A stretch of 64,000 bases of DNA from the human T2T-CHM13v2.0 reference genome, Homo sapiens: NCBI RefSeq assembly GCF_009914755.1, contig NC_060933.1. One strand, 5' to 3'. Positions 18,332 to 37,416 of this stretch are shown here, piece by piece (position 1 is the first letter of the stretch; every line of letters begins with the position of its first letter). The notes below the pieces were generated by a model, which was not told the origin of the DNA, did no database searches, and was given only the letters and a program-made list of their open reading frames with translations. The translations under genes were made by a program, and so were the position numbers.

Positions 18332-19272
18332 CTGTAATCAAAATAAACAAACAAACAAACTCACTGTTATGGCCTACAAAGCCTTATTCGGAAATTGCCT
18401 ACTTCTCAGTCCCTTTTTCATTACCCAGTCACAATAGCTTAATTTTCTGGTCCTTACACACATCAAGTTCGTTCTTGAGTCAGGAACTTTGCATTTGCTT
18501 GAAGGGCTTTTCCCCCATATTTTTCATGGTTGTTGCTTTCCCATGATTCAGGTCTCAACTCAAATGTCCTCCTCCTGAGAGAGACATTTCCCTAACTATC
18601 TTAGGAAATAGCACTCCCTACTCCCGCAATTTCATATCACTTAGCATTACTGTCTCTTCTCTATACATTTATCAATATCAGATACTAGTTTATATATTTA
18701 ATGGTTTTGTTGCTGTATCCTCCTTACCAGTCTAAAACCCACTGAGAGCAGAGACTACTTCTATGTCTTTTAAGTACTGTGTCCTTAGTACTTATAACAG
18801 TGCTTGGTACATAATATATACCAAGTAAATGCTGTTAACCGACTTGACTCCTCCAAGGATGCTACTTCTTTACTAGTCCATGACTTGATACAAACAAAAA
18901 AGTATTTTATACATATATGCTTAAAAATAATTTTATATTCGGTGTGCCATTACAACTTGAAGTAGGCCTCAGATAGTCAAGAAAAATTCTATTATAATAA
19001 AACAAATGTTTACAATGTTAGACTATTTTAAGTCTTCATCATCTACATATCTTTTATTTGGTTTATTCATATCAAATATAAGCTTTCCAATTCCTTATTT
19101 AGTTACCTAAATTCTATAATAAAATACTAAGTTGTTAACTTCTTGGAATTCTGACATGAGTAGATGCAATGAGTTTTTAATTAGTAAAACATTGCATATT
19201 CTTAATAATTTGCTGTGCTAAACTCTGAAATGGCTTTTAAAACACATTTTTAAGAAATGAAAACAAACATAC

Positions 19273-19396
19273 CTCTCGTCCATGGCCTCCTAAATTTATT
19301 ATCAGTAACTGCTACATGGTAACTTTCATCTTGATATAAACATGAAGGGATTCGAAGCAATAAAGCATCTCTGTAAAACTTCTTTCTAACCACATT
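19273..19396 (-). CDS. SHOC1: SHOC1 exon 3, [41 protein letters not shown]
   Basis: Acceptor tctttcttccacag| and donor GAG|gtatgt. 124 nt, stop-free, phase-compatible with exons 2 and 4. Confidence 0.92.
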
Positions 19397-19539
19397 CTGT
19401 GGAAGAAAGAAAGATTAGAAAATCTTTTAACATGTACTATTTATCAATATTCAGAATATATTAAAATTCTCTATACTTTGAAACTTATATGATTTTTCTT
19501 TAAAAGTAATACATGCTCCTTATAAAAAACAGGCATACC

Positions 19540-21860
<2,321 letters not shown>

Positions 21861-22869
21861 TATCAGATAACACAGAACCACATAACTGAGAAAGTCAAGG
21901 CCCCTTGTAATATCAGTAGTAGTTTGATGTATTTTCCTACAGATATTTTTTCTAGGTTAAGCTAAAATATATGTGTAAGTACTTGACAAAAAACGGGATG
22001 ACATCATTTACATATCACTTAGCAATGTGCTTTTTTTCACTAAACAGTATAATGTGGATGCTTAACTTTCATTTATCTTTGCATTATTTCCTTTGTTACA
22101 ACCAGCAAATTCATTTCTAATTTTTAAAAATATATCTAATAAAGGGAACTGTTTCTTTAAAGGAATGTTAAATCAGTTAATAAGTTTGTAAATGAGTCAG
22201 TGTTCTCTTTAATTTGGCTCTGCCTTTACTTTCCAACTTTATCTTCCATTACTCTAGTCTCTCTAAATAGACTAGTCTCTTCACTACCTCCCTTAACGTT
22301 CAGTGGTCACTCGCTGGTTAACACCATGGTCTACACTGTACCTCTGAAAACGCCCTGTTATTCTTCTCTATCAAGATCCAACTCATCTTTCAAGGCCCAT
22401 CTTAAACAATATCTCTTCTATGAAGCCCTTCCCCAGTGATTCTAATTTCTCACATAATTCATTATTCTATGTATTTGGACAAATGATAATTTCTTGCATT
22501 ATTCTCAAGACTTTAATGTTTGCTGAAGGTGTTATAACATATTAAATAAGAAGTCCTTATTATCCAAGGATAAGTGGTAAAGAGAAAAAGATTACTTAAG
22601 GTAATTTATATCAAATAAGGACCAAAGATTCACAGTAAATAGGAAAAAAAAGTTGATTAGTATTTAATCTAAAAAATGAAAGTTATAAAAAGTTTTATAA
22701 CAAAATTTCATTTATAGTTATAAATATTACTTTTTGTTATAATTTTCCCACAAACTGTATTATATAATGATATGCATGATACTACTCATTGCTTCACCTT
22801 TGATCATGAAAAAGATATTTTTAGAAAATGTTTGAAGATTTTAAGTTTTTTTAAGTTTTTTTTAAGATT

Positions 22870-23435
22870 TTAAAATTTCAAGGCATCTCTGACTCCTTTG
22901 ATATTCAAACCATTCTCTTCCTCTTGTCTGTCAACTGATCTAATTTTGCATGAACTTCATAATATCTTTACTTGTTATTTGAGCGGTTCCTCAACACCAT
23001 TTTCATGAACTTGACCAAGTCCTGCATCTTTTGCAAGATTTGCCATTGATTAGTATAGCGTTTGTATTATATCACGGACTGTTGGATACCAGCAGAAACC
23101 AAAATATCGTGGGCAAAAAAAAGTTTCAGGATGTTTGAATACAGACTAATTTTGCAAGTGGCCAATACACATATTTTGTTATGATGACTTTTGATTCCTA
23201 CCATGGATATCTTTTAACTACACATTTGCTTCTCTCAGTTATGAGGGAATAATAAAACCAGAAGATGCCTGCATGTCTTTCTTATTTCCTGTAAAATGTA
23301 GCACAGTTTTATTATACTGGAGTAATTTTTTTCCTTGGTAGATGGGGTCAGTGTTACAAAGAAAAAAATTTAACTTGTCAACTAAGATCATAAGAACAAC
23401 AGACTGTTGCATGACAATTGTTCTAGTTAGTTTCC
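22870..23435 (-). mobile_element. Ancient Tigger/pogo-like transposase remnant (C-terminal part)
   Basis: Degenerate minus-strand peptides MANLAKDAGLGQVHENGVEEPL, EVHAKLDQL, GLNIKGVRDAL and CIQTS*NFFLP resemble Tigger/TIGD C-terminal motifs. Confidence 0.6.
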
Positions 23436-23583
23436 TAACAACGTGTCTGGGCTTGAAATTTAGCTCTGACAATTATAAAAGCTATTTAACTTATCTGGAA
23501 ACTAGTTTTCTAACCTATAAAATTGTAAAACCTGTAAAATAATAGTATCTGCCTCATGAAGTACTTATGATGATAAAATCATA

Positions 23584-23673
23584 GTAGGATGGTGCAAAAG
23601 TAATTGTGGCTTTTGCCATTACTTTTAATTAACTAATGGCAAATTAACGGCAATTACTTTTGCACCACCCTAA
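23584..23673. mobile_element. MADE1 (Hsmar1 MITE) inserted in MIR
   Basis: Palindromic taggatggtgcaaaagtaattg...caattacttttgcaccacccta. Confidence 0.92.
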
Positions 23674-23914
23674 TATAATCCATCAGAAGGGCAAAGTATC
23701 TGTCCCACAGAAAGTGGTCAATGCATGCTATTAGTATGATTTTATAGAGATAACTGGGATTCTTTTTTCTCCACTCATTTCAAGAAAGATCATTCCAGAT
23801 TGTTAGCAAAATCACCCCACACTTGTCAAGAGTTTCCATTTTTTTCTCCTGACAGCTTTGGATTCATTTTAATTGTTTGATTATTTTAATTTAATAATTT
23901 CCTTCCAAAAGTGG

Positions 23915-24207
23915 CTTTTTTTTTGAGACGGAGTCTCACTCTGTTGCCCAGACTGGAGGGCAGTGGCGCAGTCTCGGCTCACTGCAACCTCCACTTCCCA
24001 GATTTCAAGTGATTCTCCTGCCTCAGCCTCCCAAGTAGCTGGGATTACAGGCGCCCACCACCATGCCCGGCTAATTTTTTTGTATTTTTAGTAGAGACAG
24101 GGTTTCACCATGTTGGCCAGGCTGGTCTCGAACTCTTGACCTCATGATCCACCCGCCTCGGCCTCCCAAAGTGCTGGGATTACAGGCGTGAGCCACCGTG
24201 CCCAGCC
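23915..24207 (-). mobile_element. Alu (AluS)
   Basis: Antisense Alu with aaaagtggc TSD. Confidence 0.95.
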
Positions 24208-24312
24208 AAAAGTGGCATTTTAAAGACATTAAATGTGGAAAATAATTTTCAATAAATCTAAAAGTAATTAGACTAATAAACAATCTAAGGATTACTGCAA
24301 AATTATCATATA

Positions 24313-24665
24313 CAAGTTGAGCATCCTTAATCCAAAAATTTGAAATCCAAAATCCAAAACTTTTTGAGTGCCAATATGATGCCAATGGGTGGTGAAGATA
24401 CTGGCACTTTTGCTTTTTGATGGTTAGTTCAGTGTACACAAACTTTGTTTCATGCACAGAGTTATTTAAAATATTGTATAAAATTACCTTCAATCTATGT
24501 GGATAAGGTGTATATAAAATATAAATAAATTTTGTGTTTAGACTTGGGTCTTATCCCCAAGATATCTCATTTTATATATATAAAAATATTCCAAAATCTG
24601 AAAAAAAATCAGAAATCTGAAATACTTTTGATCCTAAGCATTTCAGATAAGGGATACTCAACCTA
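24313..24665. mobile_element. Tigger4/MER46-type non-autonomous element
   Basis: TA-flanked TIRs caagttgagcatcctta ... taagggatactcaacct. Confidence 0.85.
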
Positions 24666-24735
24666 TATTGAATGTAGTTAACACTTCTTACATCATAATT
24701 CTCAGTAAATAGACAGTAAGCCACTAACACTCTAC

Positions 24736-24780
24736 CTCATATAAATAGTCTATTGCATGATATTTCAATGCTGAAAACAT
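24736..24780 (-). CDS. SHOC1: SHOC1 exon 2 coding part, MFSALKYHAIDYLYE (exon 24816-24736)
   Basis: Acceptor ttttgtatttccag|ATGTTG and donor GAG|gtagag. The ATG at 24780 is preceded by an in-frame TGA. Phase 0 joins exon 3 with an open frame. Confidence 0.9.
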
Positions 24781-25114
24781 ATCTTCTTTCTTTCAAAGCA
24801 GTGTAAATTTCAACATCTGGAAATACAAAAATTAAAATTAAACACTGGTAAAATAGCAAGTCAAGTGCAGAAAATCTCAATCACAAAACTTTGGTTTACT
24901 CATTTTTAAAAAGGCTCTGAATGATAATCATTGGTAAAAATAATATACATTACTATAATTTTAAATCTAATATGAAAATAATGTATATTGATAGAAAATT
25001 GAATAATTTCTTATTGTTTAAATCATATAGCTGTTAGTTGGTTGGTGGAAATATATTTAATGTGATCATTTTGTTGCAAAAGAGGTTGAAATTTACAAGA
25101 TTGCCGGAGTGGTG

Positions 25115-25314
25115 TAACCATATTTCTCAAGTGGTCTTGAGAATAACCATATTTCTCAAGTGGTCTTGAGAATAACCATATTTCTCAAGTGGTCTTGAGA
25201 ATAACCATATTTCTCAAGTGGTCTTGAGAATAACCATATTTCTCAAGTGGTCTTGAGAATAACCATATTTCTCAAGTGGTCTTGAGAATAACCATATTTC
25301 TCAAGTGGTCTTGA
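25115..25314. repeat. Perfect 29-bp tandem repeat, ~6.9 copies (TAACCATATTTCTCAAGTGGTCTTGAGAA)
   Basis: Units start at 25115, 25144, 25173, 25202, 25231, 25260 and 25289, with no mismatches. Confidence 0.98.
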
Positions 25315-25409
25315 AATTGGGTAACCAAGGGCAGAACTCTGTGCTGAAACAGTGGAGGATTTGGAAAATTGGGAAACAATTTGTGAAACTGTTTCCATTC
25401 TCTTACTTA

Positions 25410-28007
<2,598 letters not shown>

Positions 28008-28119
28008 TTAGCCCATACAACTTCTAGTTGATGGGCTGAAATCCCACCAGCATCTCTGAGACCTTCACACCTTCTATTCTCAGGTTAAGTGGACAGTGGG
28101 TCTGGGGTTTTGTCTCTAC

Positions 28120-28690
28120 AGAGCCACATCGGCCGGGCCTCACAGATGCGTTTTCCAGAGATTCCTGAGCTGCCATACTTCTTTGGTCCCATACGACCTT
28201 TTCCTCCCCTCAGCCCTCAAAATCACCCTCTCTCCTGCCTCCAGCCTCTCAGGGCTCTTACCTGAGGTAAAAATCGCCTCCTGCATCTCTTCCTGGGGTA
28301 AAATTCCCGCCCGCTGGACACGTGACCACTGAGCCTGCACTCTGTGCTTCCATTGGCCAGACCAGGCCCCGCCCCTTGGGCTCCGGGCACTTCCGTCCGC
28401 GAGTGGGCACAGCCTAGGGAGGTAAGGATTGTGGGGATTCGAGGCTGCAGCCTGGGCAGCGCCGAGGTCCTCGGGAGTGAGCAGAACCCTCATAACACTG
28501 GGCGGAGTGTGACGGTGGAGAAGTCGGCGTGAGGCTAGAAAGAGCTGGTTGTGAAGGGTTGGGAAGACCCGGCAAAGCAGTCCGGACTTCTTTGGGAGTG
28601 GCGGCTCCCATGTTGTTAGCGAGGCCGGGCAAAACGCGGCAGGGTTAGCCGGAGGGCGAGGGCAGAAGCCTTTCAGAGGTAAGGGTGGGA
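28120..28690. promoter_or_regulatory. SHOC1: CpG-rich SHOC1 promoter
   Basis: GC/CpG-rich non-repeat stretch with TTCCCGCC (E2F/E2F6, 28304-28311), CACGTGAC E-box (28319-28326), ATTGG/CCAAT (28352-28356), GC boxes (28365-28375, 28500-28505) and ETS CACTTCCG (28388-28395). Confidence 0.85.
28262..28320 (-). other. SHOC1: SHOC1 exon 1 (5' leader; TSS approximate)
   Basis: Strong minus-strand donor CAG|GTAAGA (plus strand tcttac|ctg, exon ends at 28262) inside the CpG-rich promoter, downstream of CCAAT and GC boxes. The upper boundary is inferred. Confidence 0.75.
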
Positions 28691-29297
28691 GGATTTAGCA
28701 ATCAGACAGATTCAGGGAAAGAGGAAGGCAAGAGAGAGGAGGCAAACGTGCCTCAGGGGTCTGGCTAGGTGTGGGTCATGGCTTGGTAGCAGAAGAACTT
28801 TTGAGGAGGGGCAGGAAGATACTGCTTTTCAATTGGCACATGTGGATTCTATACCTTAATTAAAGCCACTCCCTTACATACACACATTTAGGTATCGCCA
28901 GACTCGCCTGATGAGGAATAATTATTCTTTCCTCCATATTTCTTAACTCCTGTCTTTTCCATGAAACGGCTTGGCATTAAACTCCTTCCCAGAAGATTGC
29001 AAGAAGTAACATGCATTTATTTACTTTACTAACACATGGGTGTCTTTTGAGTTGATTGTTCAAATACTAATTGTGAAATGTCAGTGGATAAGTCACTTTA
29101 TTTTCTTAAGTTACTTCCTTTATTTTGTACAGGTGTGTGCAGTTTGCTTCGGTTATATGGATTTAATGTTTGACAATAATCAGTTTTAAAGATATTCACC
29201 TAACATTGAAGTGCATTAATCATCCTGTGTTCTTGGATGTCTACCTTTTATTAAAATCAATTTTAAATTAAATATCTTTGTAAAAGTTACAAAAATT

Positions 29298-29648
29298 GGC
29301 CGGGCCTGGTGGCTCACGCTGTAATCCCAGCATTTTGGGAGGCTGAGGTGGGTGGATCACCTGAGGTCAGGAGTTCGAGACCAGCCTGGTCAACATGGTG
29401 AAACCTCATCTCTACTAAAAATACAAAAAAAAAAAAAAAAAAAAAAAATCAGCCGGGTGTGGTGGCATGCCCCTGTAATCCCAGCTACTTGGGAGGCTGA
29501 GGCAGGAGAATCGCTTGAACCCGGAGGCGGAGGTTGTAGTGAGCCGAGATCATGCCACTGCATTCCAGCCTGGGGGACAGAGCAAGATTCCGTATCAGAA
29601 ACAAACAAACAGAAAAACCAACAACAAAAAAAACCAAAAAACAAAAAT
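29298..29648 (+). mobile_element. Alu with expanded middle A-tract
   Basis: Alu consensus. Confidence 0.93.
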
Positions 29649-29799
29649 AACACATGCTTATCCTTACTATAAACAGGAAAACCATCCAAAGATGTATACA
29701 GAGAAAGTAATCGCCATTCCCACCCCAACTCCCAGGTAACCAATATTAACAATCTGGGTTGATTCTTTTCACACTTTGTTGTATGTTCATACAAATTTA

Positions 29800-31520
29800 T
29801 TCAGATATGCATGTACAACGTTGATTGGCTAATTATATTTAAAAATTATTACTTTTAAAAATAGCTGCATAATATTTTATAGTAACTACGTGCCATGATT
29901 TATCTAAACATTCCACTACTGATGGATTAACAGATTGTTTCCAATTTTTTGGAAACAATGACAAATAATGCTGCAGTAAGAATTCTTGGACATATGCTCT
30001 TGAATACTTTCTGTGGCATAGATTTGTTTTGGCTTGCTGGCTGAAATTGTAAGAGCATTTCAAATTTAATAAATATTGCCAATTTTTCCTTCCAAAAATG
30101 TATAGCAGTTTACATTAACAATACCAGAAAGGGGTCATCATTCTCCTGAATACCCAACAGTACTGAATATATTGCTCTTTAGAAATTTTTGCCAGGCTGA
30201 TGCATGAAAAATTCTATCTTGTTTTAGTTTGCATTTCTCTGACTACTGCTGAGATTAAACATGTTTTAGATGTTTATGAATCCTTTGGATTTCTTCTTCC
30301 ATGAATTGTCTAATTATGCATGTGGCTGTGTATGTGTGTATATGTGTATGCATCTGTATGTTTGTGTGTGTATGAGATCAAGTGATTTTCCTATTGGGTA
30401 GGTTGTCTTTTTGAAAATCTAGTGTAAAGGTGCATTAGTTAAAATCAGGCCTAGCTGTATAAATAACAGAAAATTCCAAAATAATATTAAATATATTTCT
30501 CTTTCATGTAAATGAAGTCCAGAGGTACAAAGGTTAAGGACTGATATGGCAGCTCTGCCCCACTAAGTCCTCTGGGTCTTAACTTCCTACCAGCTCATTT
30601 TTCTGCTATTTCTGTGTAGTGGTCCTTGTTTTCATGGTCTCAGGTGGCAGCTTCTGTTTCAGGAAGCAGGATGGAGGAAGGACTGTAAAGGAACAAAGGC
30701 CAAAGGCACAATGTCTCTTTATATATATGTAACTTAAATTGTAAAATATAATGTTCACATAGAAATATAATGTTTACACAGAAACTGTACCACAATGTAT
30801 AGTTATAAAAATTATTTTAAGGAAATGTCCATGGAGCCTCCCCTCAAGTGAAGAAACAGAGCATTGGAATTTCAGAAGCCCGCTTTTCCTTTCTAATCAC
30901 AACTCTCCCTAGAGGAAGTCTCCCTCTAGACCTAGAGATTACTATAATTCTGACTTTATGGTAATCATTGCCTTGCTTTTCTTTAAAGTGTTTCACCCAA
31001 GTATGCATTTCTAAATGACATAGTTTGCCTATTTTTGAATCTTGGTGTTTGTGTTACTTTGGTTCTTGCTTCTTCTATTCAGTGGATGTTTATTGTATAT
31101 GATGATTCAATTTCATCAATTTCATTCGATGTATTATATATGATGATTTCAGTTATATATGATGATTATTAAATAGGATACAATAGTATCCTGTTGTATA
31201 AACATACTTCAATTTATCCATTCAACTGTTGATGGACCTTTGGATTATTCTAATTCTTGTATATTACAAAGAATGCTGCTACAATATCCTTGTACATGTA
31301 TCCTAGTACACATACATGTTTCTCTGGAATATAGATTTAGGAAAATGTTTTGGATTATTGAGCATACATATCTTCACATTTATTGACTAACACCAAACTG
31401 TTTTCCTAAGTGATTATACCGATTCACCCATCAGTAATGTTTAACAGTCTGTACTGCTCTATATCCTCACCAACTCTTAGCAATTTCATACTTGAAAATG
31501 TTGAGATCTAGTAGATGTCT
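29800..31520 (-). mobile_element. Old L1ME-type 3' fragments with an MaLR-like insert
   Basis: L1 3'-end motifs such as gttttagtttgcatttctctgact and aatttatccattcaactgttgatggac. Confidence 0.65.
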
Positions 31521-31679
31521 AGTTGCAGCAAAGGCTGGAAGATGCAGTGTTCATTCTGAACAGTTATGTGCATAGTTACTATTTGGAAATTCTATTATTA
31601 ATATAAGAAAAAAACATATATTGGGAAATACACAGCAATCTCTGCCACATTCAGAATACTAACTTAAAAATAGCTGCCA

Positions 31680-32166
31680 GGCTGGGCACCGTGGCTCACG
31701 TGTGTAATCCCAACAATTTGGGAGGCTGAGGCAGGAGGATCACCTGAGGTCAGAAGTTCAAGGACAACCTGGCCAACGTGATGAAACCCTGTCTCTACTA
31801 AAAATACAAAAATTAGCCAGATGTGGTGGCAGGTGCCTATAATCCCAGCTACTCAGGAGGCTGAGGCGGGGAGAATCGCTTGAACCCGGGGGCAGAAGTT
31901 ACAGTGAGCCGAGATTGTACCATTGCACTCCAGCCTGGGCAACAGAGTGAGACTCCATCTCAAAAAAAAAAAAAAAAAAAAATTAACCAAGTGTGGTGGC
32001 ACGCACCTGTAATCCTAGCTACTTGGGAGGCTGAGGCAAGAGAATCACTTGAACTCTGGGGGGCAGAGGTTACAGTGAGCGAGATCATGCCACTGCACTC
32101 CAGCCTGGGTGACAGAGTGAGACTCTGTCTCAAAAAAAAAAAAAGAAAAAAAAGAAAAGAAAAAAA
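31680..32166 (+). mobile_element. Full Alu followed by an extra right-arm monomer
   Basis: Alu consensus followed by a second right arm after the poly(A). Confidence 0.9.
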
Positions 32167-35050
32167 GCTAAATTTTTTTTAGCACTCATTATGTGCCAAG
32201 CACTATTCTAAACACTTTGCAACAACTCATAAGCTAGATAAATTTACAAATATTACAAACTCCAGTTTACATAAGAGAAACCTGGGGCATTGACCACTTA
32301 AGTCTCTTATCCAAGATGAGCTTGAAAGTATGAGACAGAGTTGCAAATCCAAGTAGCATGACTTCAGAGCCCAAACTCTGAATGAGATCATACACTCTCT
32401 AAAAGGAATATTTGCTCTTGAGTCATCCATGTTTTGTAAATGTTTTGTGTTTATTTTGGTGAATTTCTAAAGATAGTTTTCTTTCTATATTTACAGATAA
32501 TTTTATCATATCCAAATCATGTTTTTTTCTTAGTAGATAATGTTTCTGCATCATTATTTCTAAAATTGTGCATATGATGAGAATCTTAGAACAACTGCTT
32601 TTCCCTATAAGTTTTAATTCACCATTATTTGCACCATTGTTATTTTGAACCTAAATGGAAATAAAACAAGTTGAAATAAAACACCCTTCAATATAAACTA
32701 AGATGAGGATGGGAAGGAGGAGAAAAATTCCTCTACTGTCCAGACCAATTCGACACATTTACGGAAATCTCTTGTAATAATATCAAACTTCATTATTGTA
32801 CTCACACGCTGTGCTGTTAAGGCTATAGTAATAACATTTAATGTTTATTGAGAACATACTTTGTGCCAGACACAATACTAGGCACTGATGATGCAAAAAA
32901 TAGGGAAAACAAATCTTTGCCTCCAAGAAGCTCACAAATCCTTGTCTGAGTTGCTCTTATTTTTCTTCTCTTTAGGTGATTCTAAACACTGCTGCCAGGA
33001 TGATATTTCTAAAACAGCTAACTGTTTTTGAGTGGTATTCACTTCCCTGCTCAAATTGTTTCAGCTGTCACCACAGCATAACATCTGAAATCCTTAGCAT
33101 GGAACAATACTCACTCAACCCCATTTATTGTGGAATCCTGAACCATTGGCCATTCTCTGAAAGAGATTCTCCCACTCCTAAGTCTTTGTTCCTGCTAATT
33201 TATTTTGTACTCTGATCACATGTTGAAATCCTACTTATTCTATACATTTTAGTTTAAATATTTCCTCTTCCCACTGACACTGTTAGTGAGAATCAGTGGT
33301 TACCTTTTGTCATTCCTACAATTTTTGTTAATATCCCACTTTGGGCACTTTTCATGTTTTGCATTATAATTTTTTTGTTCATGTCTGCCTTCCCCACCAG
33401 CCTTCAATCTTCTTGAGATTGTGGGCCATGGACCATGTCTTAATTATGTTTATGTAAGTAGCACAATGCCTTATCCAGAGTAAGCACTGTGATGAATATT
33501 TAATTTAATTCACTTCTTAACATCTGGCACTAGGTCATTTTGAAATAATGACTATCAATTTTTTTACACTTCCTGTTAAATGTAGGCTTTCAGTGTTTTT
33601 GCAGGAGCAATTGTGTGTGAAATATTACACACACACATATACATGCCTATGCAAAATGAACATGGTATGAATATAGCAGATAATCAGCTCAAGATAGAAT
33701 TGCAAATTAGCTCAAACCAGATCATGCAGAAAATCTGGATATATGGAATGAAAAGTATTGCACAAATGTGTTGCATAAGTAATTTATTGTCTTCTGGCTG
33801 CTAATTTATAGGTGTAACCTCACATACTATCTTTTGATCGCCATTAAGGGACTGTTTTGCACCAATAGACTGAGAGCAAACATTTTAATACAACATATTC
33901 AGTCTAATTAAGCTGGATAATTACTGCTGGAGAAGAGCTATGGTAGCAACAGCATGTAAATAAATTTTTGCAAGTATAGAAGGGAAACCTAACATTTCAT
34001 ATTCATGTAGATTACCTCTTTTCAAATACAAGAAGACAAATGTTATTCTAGCCCGTTTTGGCAGTATTCATCTCCGTAAATACTATTACTTTTCTCTGTC
34101 CCGTATGTTCAACCCTTCAACATTTTTCTGGTTATGAACCATTTCACATATCGTATGCTTATTGGATCTTTTACACACATTGAAAAATTCAGGTAAGCTA
34201 AGATTCTTGCTGTAAACTTTACCCATGTGTAGACTTCACTTTGTAACCCAGAAGAAAGAGTGGTAATTGGGTCACCATTTCCATGGGAAAAGTAGAAGTA
34301 CTAACGCCATACTTTCACCTCTCCCTGGGTAATATTTACCCTAAAACCCTGCACATTATATGGTTCAGTGAAGTTAAGCAATTTGCCCAGAAATACATAG
34401 GCAGATCGAGAACTCAGCTCTTCTGACTTCTATCCTGTGAGTTGTAGTTGTTTACTTATTGATTTATCCATCAATTATTTTTAAGCATATATTATGTGCA
34501 AGGAAATATGCTAGTTGGGGAGAGCAAATTGACTCTACTCTTTCAATGTGATAGGGAAAATAAACCATTTATATAAATATTATTCCCTAAGAAAATTAAT
34601 GTTATAAGAGTATGGAAATTTTAAAAAGTACTTTATTATTTCCACAAATAAGTTACAGAGAAGCAAAAATTTGATCAGATAACTCATTTATTATTTCACC
34701 AGATTAACCACACCAATGGGAAGTCTAGCTGTTTGGACCACAAAAGCCACAACATAGCACCACTATGTACTTAATGGAAGGTGAACCAACTTGCAAAACA
34801 AATAACATCCAAAGGTCTAAACTGCAAATTCAAACTAGAATAAGTTATAATAAATGTCTCAAATATCCAGGGTAACAAAACATTATCCTTATAAAATGTG
34901 GAAAAACTATTATTTCTTTCTCTCACCAAAATAAGGCTTAATGTTGTTTAAGGTATCCTTGATTGCTTTTATGCCTTGTATTTAAAAATGAAGGAGATGG
35001 GCATTGGACTAAACTTGGGAAGAAGGATGTTACATTAATAATAATTTCAT

Positions 35051-36214
<1,164 letters not shown>

Positions 36215-36251
36215 TAAACAGCCCCTTATCATATTCTAACAACATCTAGAC

Positions 36252-37416
<1,165 letters not shown>

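Larger units (their letters stand above)
15820..18840 (+). mobile_element. L2 remnant interrupted by LTRs
   Basis: CT-rich L2 3' region ending cagtgcttggtacata...agtaaatgctgtt. Confidence 0.7.

Noticed and set aside
25115-25314. CRISPR-like array (29-bp palindromic repeats)
   Set aside because: The units are directly adjacent with no spacers, there are no cas genes, and the context is a human intron. It is a minisatellite.
28096-28632. ORFs across the promoter (117 aa etc.)
   Set aside because: They reflect GC-rich stop depletion. Only the spliced exon-1 ATG has support.
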